From contig OX597821.1 in the NCBI GenBank assembly GCA_951406725.2, forward strand, positions 96,906,001 to 96,970,000: DNA of 64,000 nt. The letters are read 5' to 3'. Positions 53,881 to 64,000 of the stretch are shown here, piece by piece. This DNA is from Octopus vulgaris. Taxonomy: Eukaryota. Made by a program: the position numbers and the translations under genes. The first letter of the stretch is position 1, and each line of letters begins with the position of its first letter. The notes under the pieces were generated by a model that was not told the DNA's origin, ran no database searches, and saw only the letters and a list, made by a program, of their open reading frames with translations.

Positions 53881-55187
53881 ACAACAAAGAACCATGGGAA
53901 GTCTCATGGGAAGCAAAGCTAGTTACCACACAGCCACTCCTGCGCCTATAATCAATTTCCCTCAAAATAGTTGATCAGGAGCAAATTCAGTGAAGAATTT
54001 CTCTTGAGAAAATCTAGAAACGGAACTGATAGCGCAAGTGAGGTGACCTCTGACTGTTAATATCTAATTTAGAGCTCGGTGTCATAAAACTAACAGAAAA
54101 TCAACATATCCAAGAATTGCATTTGGCTTGTATTTTTAAAGTTTCATATCATGCAGTTATTATTATTATTATTTTTAGTTCTTCCAGCATATTGGTATTA
54201 TAAAGATCTCTTGGTTATTAATAATTAAACGACTTACTTTGTATATGCTTGTCCTTATTCTTTGTTTCATAGAGGTTCCTAGAACCAGACAAGTGCTGCT
54301 GAAAAGGTTGTGACGGAATAAATGGTTGAAAAATAGCTGCTCTAACGCTTCTTGGTATGCGCTCAATCCATGTTCGACAATCAGAACATTCATTTCTAAC
54401 CACACATTCCACACATCCCTCCCACCACACAGACGCTGTGTATGGCAGTTACTGTTACAAAGAATACACTGAGTTACATGCTGAAGTCTCTACTTTTGGT
54501 CTCAGTGTTACTTCGAAATAAGCAAGAATTAACCGTTGTTTTATAGTGTGAATTAGTAAATTACAAAATAAAATTACAACCAGAATACGCTAGAATGCTG
54601 CATGAACAGACTTATAAAACAGAAGATCATTGTCAGTCACAAAATTTGCGCTACAGCTTCTCACTAAAAAAACAAACACAGGATGTATTTTTGTGGAATG
54701 TCGTTACCCTTCGGTTCATATTTTTGTCACCCTCTTGCTATCCCTGCGTCTACCCTTTGTCATATCATGATACAACTTCCTGTGGGGTCTGCTAAGCTAT
54801 CTCAGACTAACTGCTACAATATTACGTAACAGGGGAGTAAAAGATTAGTTTTACTATTATGGTATACGATGATCGGAACACTTATGATGAATTTACCATT
54901 TCCGGAGTGAGCATGCAGTGCTTACGTACCATACTCAGAATATATGTCCCCAGTGTATGTATGTATGTATACACACACACACACGCACACATATACATAC
55001 ATACATACATCATACATACATACATACACTCGGATCACTCGGTTCGTCCGTCGATGTAGAGTGCGGCTATCCCCGTGAACTGATACCAATTGCAGGACTC
55101 AGTGAACATCGACACCTCGAACGCACATTGCGGCCCAGGGATCCCATCGTCCCGGGGCCCCGTTCGGTCGAGAGTCTTTACTTTAAG

Positions 55188-56390
55188 ATGGTGAGCTGGC
55201 AGAAACGTTAGCATGCCGGGTGAAATGCTTAGCGGTATTTCGTCTGCTGTTACGTTCTGAGTTCAAATTCCGCCGAGGTCGACTTTGCCTTTCATCCTTT
55301 CGGAATCGATTAAATAAGTACCAGTTACGCACTGGGGTCGATGTAATCGACTTAATCCGTTTGTCTGTCCTTGTTTGTCTTCTCTGTGTAGCCCCGTGTG
55401 GGCAGTAAAGAAATAGGTATTTCGTCTATCGCTTCATTCTGAGTTCAAATACCGCCGAGGTCGACTTTGCCTTTCATCCTTTCGGGGTCGATTTAATAAG
55501 TACCAGTTACGCACTGGGGTCGATATAATCGACTAAATCCGTTTTTCTATCCTTGTTTGTCCCCTCTGTGTTTAATATCTTGTGGGTAGTAAAGAAATAG
55601 GTATTTCGTCTGCCGTTACGTTCTGAGTTCAACTTCCCCTGAGGTCGGCTTTGCCTTTCATCCTTTCGGGGTTGATTAGATAAAGACCAATTACGCACTG
55701 AGGTCGATCTAATCGACTTAACTCCTTTGTCTATCCTTGTTTGTCCCCTCTATGTTTAGCCCCTTGTGGGTAATAAAGAAATAAGAAGCTTGCTTCCCGA
55801 CCACATGGTTCCAGGTATTTGTCTTCTTCGAGCCATTATCTTCTACTATATCTCCGGGCCAACCAAAGCCTTGTGAGTGGATTTCGTAGACAGAAACTGA
55901 GGTCGGCTTTGCCTTTCATCCTTTCGGGGTCGATTAAATAAAGACCAGTTACGCACTGAGGTCGATATAATCGACTTAATTCCTTTGTCTATCCTTGTTT
56001 GTCCCCTCTATGTTTAGCCCCTTGTGGGTAGTAAAGAAATAAGAAGCTTGCTTCCCAACCACGTGATTCCAGGTATTTGCCTTCTTCGAGCAATTATCTT
56101 CTACTATATCTCCGGGCCAACCAAAGCCTTGTGAGTGGATTTCGTAGGCGGAAACTGATGGAAGCCCGTCGTATATATGTATATGTTATTATGTGAGTTT
56201 GCCCCTCCGACACCACTTGAGAACCGCTGCTGGTGTGTTTATGTCCCCGTAACTTCGCGGGTCGGCAAAAGAGGCCGATAATTACTAGGCTTTAAACACA
56301 TAAGTACTGGGTTCGATACATTCGACTAGAAATTCTTCAAGGCGATGCCCCAGCATGACCGCAGTCTAATGACTGAAACAAGAAAAAGAT
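55188..56390 (+). mobile_element. Tandem SINE A array fused to SINE B pieces, including a ~258 bp direct duplication
   Basis: gaggtcg(a/g)ctttgcctttcatcctttcgg recurs at ~55275, 55457, 55641 and 55899; similar multimers at 51035-51550. Confidence 0.8.
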
Positions 56391-56528
56391 ATAAGTTAAA
56401 AGATACATATATGTGTGTGTAGACATATAAATACACTCACATACACGCATTTATAGATACACACACATACACACAACACACAAAGATACATATAAATACA
56501 TATATACATACATACATATATATAATAT

Positions 56529-56611
<83 letters not shown>

Positions 56612-58439
56612 TAGCATTATGACCCGTCGTTGCCGGGTCATAGTGCATGTATATATGTGTATATATATGTGTACATATTACATGTACATCTATATATATA
56701 CATCTACACAAAAATATAAAATACAAAGTTATGTCTTGATATCGCTAATGATAACAATACTCAAAATATATAACAGACTGGAATTGTAGGCCCGTCTCTT
56801 CAGGCCCGTCTCGATCAATTGTACCTTGTCCTCCCTCTTGTATAGAAGTGCGGCTACAATCCAGCCTACATCTACTTCTGGGGGGACATTTTAAATTTTT
56901 ATCCGGGACGTCCTACGTCCCAGATATTAAGGTAAAAATAAAATATTTCCACTTTGCAAGGTTCGAGTCGAGTACTCCCTTGCACGCTCCGTTGACTCGA
57001 ACCTTGCCTCTATTGTGGCGAATTTACCACCTCTGTTTAGATATCTGTCATAGTCGCACCAAGACACTTTTCGATGGTACTTTCCTCTAGGTGTTCAAAT
57101 CATTTTTTTTTCTCTACATTCTATACTTTATAAACAGTAGTCTTTTCTTTAATTTAATTTTTTTTTTTCGTTGGGTGGTGTTATCCTAGATTCACCGTCT
57201 TTGTCGGTGATCAATCCGAAATAGGCTTGTATTTTTTCCATTCTAATTTAATGAGTTCGCGCCCGCCGACGGCTGCAGCGAAATTCATTTTTGGACTTCT
57301 ATCGAAGGCATTCTAACAAAAATGCTTCCGTGTAAACGGTGAAAATATTGTCAATTTCCCCAAACAGGGACACAATTCAATTTTTAAACAATAACCAAAG
57401 CTCCTTCTCCCAAAGGGGGAGGGTTACAGTTTACAATTATTTAACAAATGCAACACAACAACGTTTCCCTTACGAGGAACCAACAAACGTGATAACAATA
57501 GTTAAACAGTAATAATAATAACAACAAAACTTACAGTGAATCAAAAAGCAGTACGCAGTTGAAGCTATAGTCCTGGATCTTTCTGGATCTTTTCCTTTAG
57601 ATAGACAGAATTCAACCCAATTTCTAGTTAACTAAACAATTTGAAACTTCGTATACTGGTAGAATGTGTCAAAGGAAAACATTATTTTCACTTGGCATTT
57701 TTAATAAATTTGTAATTTGTAAGTTTAACGTAGTTTAATTCTTCGAATTTTAACCAATGAATCGCCAGTATTTGAGCTCAAATCATTTGCTGCGTCTAAA
57801 AACTCAGACAACATCCTGTTACAGTTTGTTTTCGTTTTTCGTCACATTCGTTCCCTTCTCTCACTCAGTCCGTCTCTACATATGTAAATACAAACATACG
57901 TATAAACACTCATGTATATATATATATATATATATATATATGGATGCACACACGTGTATATAAACATATATATGCACACACAATATGGGAATACATACAT
58001 ACGCATACAAATATATAAATATACCTACATATGTAAATACAAACACACACATTTCATATAATCTTCCACATTCTTTGTACGTTTCATAAACATACACACA
58101 CAACACATTCTACACATCTTTATACACACTCTCAGTTTCACTATCACACACCATTGCACATCTTCAACAAGCTGCATGAAGGCCTCTACATCCACTGCTT
58201 TTCATTTCACTGTCCGCATAAGCATCACATCTTCTACACACCACATATATACACCTTTATATATACTGTTATACACTATCGCACGTTTTATACACTCTAC
58301 ATATAGTCCTGTATACACGCTGCCATACATATCACATCTACACACCATATATACACCTAAGTACATTTATATATCATTACATAATATACACCAATTGCCT
58401 GTAGTCTTGTGTATATATACGATTAAATCAAGGATATAA

Positions 58440-58780
58440 AAACTGTCTTTGAAACTCATGTGGCCTTCATTCTACCGAATAAGGAAACGCAAATAAAAGA
58501 ATATATATTGAAAATGATTTCAAAACAAGAACCGCCAACCATCTGTCTTCTTTCAACGCATAGATTAAAGAAAAGGCACGAAGATAGCAAGCTACATCTG
58601 CAACCTGAAGGACAGCAGTATATCACATACCATCAAGTGGAGCATCATAGAGAGATCTAGGCACTATATCGACGGGTGAAAAATGTAAGTTCTGTAAAGC
58701 TAAAATTAACACACAACTTTATTACATCGATGAACTGTACCAACCAGTTAAACTCGAAGCCAGGGATCTTTTTAAGATAT
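58440..58780 (+). mobile_element. Highly degraded Penelope GIY-YIG fragment
   Basis: Across frames FKTRTANHLSSF...YTIKWSIIERSR, like the endonuclease at 11773-12228. Confidence 0.55.
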
Positions 58781-59304
58781 AAGTATCTCGATAAATTTCT
58801 GTCATCAAACAGGAAATCGTCCTCTTCCCCACCGAATTTGACGCATAGTTTCACACACTTTAGCCTTTCCCACTCCCATTCGACTACCTCCACTAGGCGT
58901 AGTTTTGAACAACTCCTAGATAAAGAATATTAAACATTTAACATAAGCAATATATTTCATTCAACGGAGAAGGTACATAACGTGGATTCCATGAACAGAA
59001 TGATCTCCCTTAACAGTACAACCTTTTATGTCTTCACTATTTCGTTTTTTATATATATTTTCGTGTTTTATTATTTTTTTGCATTTCTTCACGGTGTAAC
59101 TGTGTTATATAAGCCGGAATGATTACCAGATCGTGCACAATACGCCATAAAAGCCCGTCCAATTACTGCTCTATCCCAACATGAAACTTGAAGTAGCTAA
59201 CGTATAACTTCTGTAGTCTAAAATATATGAATGGGGGATGTTGAGTGTGTGCATGTGGATGTATGTATGTATGTATGTATGTATGAATATATATATACCT
59301 AAAT

Positions 59305-59342
<38 letters not shown>

Positions 59343-59813
59343 ATGAATGTATATATATATGTAAGTATTTATGTATGTATGCATATGTGTATATGTATGT
59401 ATGCATATATTTTTGGGGTATTGCTGATAAAATTGTTGGAAAATAAGAACATTTACCGTTGGTGAGAGTGTATGCGTTTTACAGAGTAAAATTTATCGAC
59501 TATATTGGTTCAACTGGGATTTTCAAATTATATTTATATATAGCTTGCCGGTACTGCTTGCTAGTGCTCTTAATTATTAATTGATAATTTTTTACCTTTA
59601 ATGTGACCGCGTGTGTACCGTTGGCGATTTTTTTTCCCTCAGTCTTCCCTTCCTTGGACCTTTTCTCTGCCTATGTTTCTGACGAAGAACTCCGCCCAAA
59701 ACGTTAAATCCTCCTACTTTCTTTCCTTTCCTGAGTGTCCAATAACACTATACTTGTTCCACATCCTCGCGTTGTTGTGTTTTCATGTTTTGGGTTAACT
59801 TTATATATATATA

Positions 59814-59906
<93 letters not shown>

Positions 59907-60063
59907 TTCGAGACAAAACCACTATTTTGCAATACAAACAAGGAAAGACTTAATCAATACATAAAAATTTTTAATATAAAGAAATAAACCGCCACTACAT
60001 AATATTGGATTTTATCTTAAATCTGATTTTTTCCCTGTAAATTTGGATTTATTCCCTAATATT

Positions 60064-60098
<35 letters not shown>

Positions 60099-60259
60099 TA
60101 TATATATATATAGTTAAGGTATAGTTAGTATATTGTGTTAAGGATGTAGTAGAGTACAGTATAAAGCTCGCCCACCTTCAGATTTCACCCTGTGCTATCC
60201 ATTAATAGTATTATACGTACTTTTAGGTTTGCGTTTAGGCTTCTGTCGTGTGTGAATAG

Positions 60260-60813
60260 ATAATTGAAAAAATTTCGAGTCAACCAGAAGGAGTACGGCT
60301 GGAAATTTATTTTCAAACACTACAATTGTTTCTATGCAATGTAGTTCTCCAGGCATGCAGGTACTTGATAATGCAACCGTTTCCCTGTATTATGAGATCC
60401 AGTTGTGTTTCCGCAGGTGTTATGTAAATATTGTCTCCGTAAGTTCAAATTCTCGGCTTCAAGACTATCCTCTCTGTCTCGTGGCCTGGAGTTAGTAGTA
60501 ACCACTGAGTTTATCAAAGGCGTGTTGCTGCTAACGGTCCTTCAACAACAACACGCCTTTGATAAACTCAGTGGTTACTACTAACTCCAGGCCACGAGAC
60601 AGAGGATGCTCTTGAAGCCGAGAATATGAACTTACGGAGACAATATTTACATAACACCTGCGGAAACACAACTGGATCTCATAATACAGGGAAACGGTTG
60701 CATTATCAAGTACCTGCATGCCTGGAGAACTACATTGCATAGAAACAATTGTAGTGTTTGAAAATAAATTTCCAGCCGTACTCCTTCTTGTTGACTCCAG
60801 TTTTTTTTTCAAT

Positions 60814-60816
<3 letters not shown>
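60260..60816. repeat. Fold-back palindrome, ~270 bp arms
   Basis: 60260-60530 is inverted at ~60544-60816 with few mismatches; contains GAAAC followed by palindromic ACAATTGT. Confidence 0.92.
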
Positions 60817-60849
<33 letters not shown>

Positions 60850-60869
60850 AGTGTCTCAGTGTGTGTATG

Positions 60870-61083
60870 GCGGCGAACTGGCAGAATCGTTAGCACGCTG
60901 GGCGAAATGCAGCCGTTACGTTTCTGAGTTCAAATTCCGCCGAGGTCGACTTTGCCTTTCATCCTTTCGGGGTCGATAAATTAAGTACCAGTTACGCACT
61001 GGGATCGATGTAATCGATTTAATCCGTTTGTCTGTCCTTGTTTGTCCCCTCTGTGTTTAGCCCCTTGTGGGTAGTAAAGAAAC
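60870..61083 (+). mobile_element. SINE family A copy
   Basis: GGCGGCGAACTGGCAGAATCGTTAGC head through ..gtgggtagtaaagaaa tail; further copies at 28470-28660, 33000-33190, 50215-50440 and 63860-64000. Confidence 0.8.
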
Positions 61084-62099
61084 AGTATGTGCGTGTGTGT
61101 GTATTGGTTGGTTGGTTGGTTTGTTGTTTGTTTCATTTTTAATTTGGTTACGACCAGAAAGTTTAGTTTAACTTTTGTGTGGTGTAAGCTTTATTTTGAC
61201 AGCCTCATTATTGTTACTGCAGTAGTCAAAGTCGTTGCTTTTTTTAACCTCAGGTTATCATAATTGAGCAGATATGTAATTAATCGCGTTTTATCTGAAA
61301 TTATCCCGTTTGTATTACAGTCACGTCTAACTGTAATGTAACACTATATTATTTCATGTGTGTGGCTTTTTAAAACAAATTAATGGAGATTTGGCTGCTG
61401 TTTTTAGTAGATTAGACAACCACTTGTTTGTTGTGCTATATGATCTAATGGAACGTTTTCATATATAGCTGCGATATCTATTAACGATTCTTGTACTGAC
61501 ACACACCCATTTAACACATTTTCATATTGCCATACTAACGCCCCTCTCCGAAATGTAGTCACATCCCCAGAGTCCAACACACACACACACACACACTCAC
61601 GAATATACAAAAAGTCAGTAAGTATGAGAGGAATATATGTGATGATCGTTTCTCAGCGAACATCATGGAAAAATAAATTATTTTAGTGAATGATAAATTA
61701 TTATACATGTTTGCACAATTGTGTATGTCATAAATCATATAGTACTGTTGCACATTTTACAAGCAAATATAGAAAGTATAGAAGGCTAACTCTTCAGATC
61801 CACAGAATATCATGGTCACAGCCATTTTTTAACTCTAATATTTACTGGATTTCAACTGTATTGGACTCTATATTACAACTCCATGTATTGGTTTACTATG
61901 TGGTTTGCAGCCTAAAAGTCGAACATTTACAATCGAACATTAGACATAACAAATAACAAAACAATAAGAGGGCGTACATATGAAACGTATTAGCTTGACG
62001 CTCAATGAAAGTGGAATAAAGAGTAGACGTTTTACGCTTCGTGCAAAACTTTTCGTCAGAGAGAGGAGAAAGGAAAAGTCAAGAGAAGGAAAGGAGAGA

Positions 62100-62161
<62 letters not shown>

Positions 62162-62541
62162 TGTAGTATAAACACCAAAGAAATATACTCAATTAATATT
62201 ACGATGTTAAATTCTAAAACAGTATAAAATTGCAGTAAATGCGGGTGCGAGAAAATTGCATATATGTACATAATCGGTCAAAATGATTCTTAAGAGCAAC
62301 GCATATTTAGAATAAAAAGCGGGAAAGCAAAAACTTTACAAAAAGTCATAATATGATTACGCTCAACAGCTGTTTCACTAGCAATAAACAACATTAATTT
62401 GAGAGTTGATTAATTCAGATACATAGTAAAGTTATACGAACTTAATTTATTTGACTGTGTACCTTCATAAGGTAATTATGGAATTAATGGTGTTTATTGC
62501 TAATGAAATAGAGGTTGAATATAATTAGATTATGAAATGTT

Positions 62542-62581
<40 letters not shown>

Positions 62582-62687
62582 ATCTGTCAGTTTTGCAGAA
62601 TATGGAGAACGTCTGTGGAGTGGAATAACCTCTGAAATGACTGAAGTTCTATACTCGATCTACGTGATCTGCATTTATGTACACATA

Positions 62688-62739
<52 letters not shown>

Positions 62740-62960
62740 TATATCACGTGATCACGTAACCGACCAGACCATCAGATGTTGCTACACATCGCTGGTCACA
62801 ATGCGCTCTGTATTGTTTTAGCCTTCGAGTAACGCCACCCCGCTGGCTAAGCGAGCAGGCCAACAGAAGAAAGAGTGAGAGAAAGAGTGGTGAAGGAGTA
62901 CAGCAGGAATCACCACCCCCTGCCGGAGCCTCGTGGAGCTTTTAGGTGTTTTCGCTCAAT

Positions 62961-63027
<67 letters not shown>

Positions 63028-64000
63028 TGTGTGTGTGTGTATATGTATGATATACATATATGACATTATATATTATATATATTACATACTATAACCAAGA
63101 CATGTGTGTGTGTGTGTGTGTGTGTAACAAGGGATTTGGGGCGGTTTTATCCTTTAGAAACTATATTTACAAGTTGTATAGCATATTTAGAAGCCTTCAT
63201 GAAAGGTTTTAATTAAAATTGCCATTCATTAAACTAACTGCGTCCATATTGTTAATTTTCATACCAAACTAAGAGTAGACTCAACATAACTTTATTATGG
63301 CAATTGATAAAAGTTGTTTCATAACCTCTTTATTTCTTTAGGAATGAATTCTCCTCGTTTAACTAAAACATTGCATGGATGATTACTTCACGTACTCAAA
63401 AGTTTAGTAATACGTAGTCATAAGATTAGTTTCAAAATTTTGTACAAAGACAGCAATTTCGAAGGAGGAGGTACATCGCTTACATCGGCCGCAGTGTTCA
63501 ACTGGTTCTTATTTTATTGACCCCGGAAAGATAAAAAGGGTAAGTCGACACCAGTGCAATTTAAACTCAGATCGTACAGACTGACGAAATGCTACTATGT
63601 ATGTTGCCCGACGGGCTAACGATTCAACCAGCTCACCGTCTCAAAACCTATTCAGAATAGTGCCTAAATGTCTTGCTAATAAACTCTCTACTGTATGGTT
63701 CAGTGGGAGAGGATTGTAGGATAGACTTGCGATCTACAAAACCTTTGTCAACACACTTCCATCTTTGATCAGTATTTTTTTTTCTATCTAAATAATTGAG
63801 GATATTGTTATTCTAAAATCTCCTGTTGCTACATGCCTACCTTACCTTATAATTCTTTCTGCTATAGGCAGAAGGCCTGAAAATTTTAAGGTGGTGGGGA
63901 CTAGTCGATTACATCGACCCCCAGAGCTCAACTAGTACTTATTTTATCGACCTCGAAAGGATGAAAGGGAAAGTCAACCTCGGCGTGGTTTGAACTCAGA

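Noticed and set aside
55188-56160. CRISPR-like repeat array
   Set aside because: Units are 160-260 bp SINE multimers with no unique spacers and no cas genes, in a eukaryotic context.

Overview
AT-rich, microsatellite-dense eukaryotic DNA. The tRNA-derived SINE families and repeat make-up look cephalopod, probably Octopus (inference). One host gene was reconstructed by hand on the minus strand from four GT-AG, phase-1 exons (28259-28325, 16267-16407, 5796-6029, 162-359). It encodes signal peptide + laminin/MEGF-type EGF repeat + F-type lectin (FTP) domain and runs off the window start. Its introns and upstream region are filled with TE remnants: a fairly intact 5'-truncated HERO/R2-superfamily RT-REL element, Tx1/L1, Dong/R4 and CR1 LINE pieces, a deleted Gypsy LTR element, Tc1 and Helitron fragments, three SINE families and many Penelope-like element (PLE) remnants. 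Two RNA-level signals stand out. First, a hammerhead-ribozyme-like motif with its strands in non-circularly permuted order sits just after the HERO ORF (22415-22499). Second, about nine fold-back palindromes (arms ~65 bp to ~1.06 kb), mostly embedded in (TA)n, are made of PLE ends, and several PLE remnants carry type I hammerheads. Most ORFs in the supplied track are microsatellite artefacts. TE boundaries are approximate; no alignment or database search was run.
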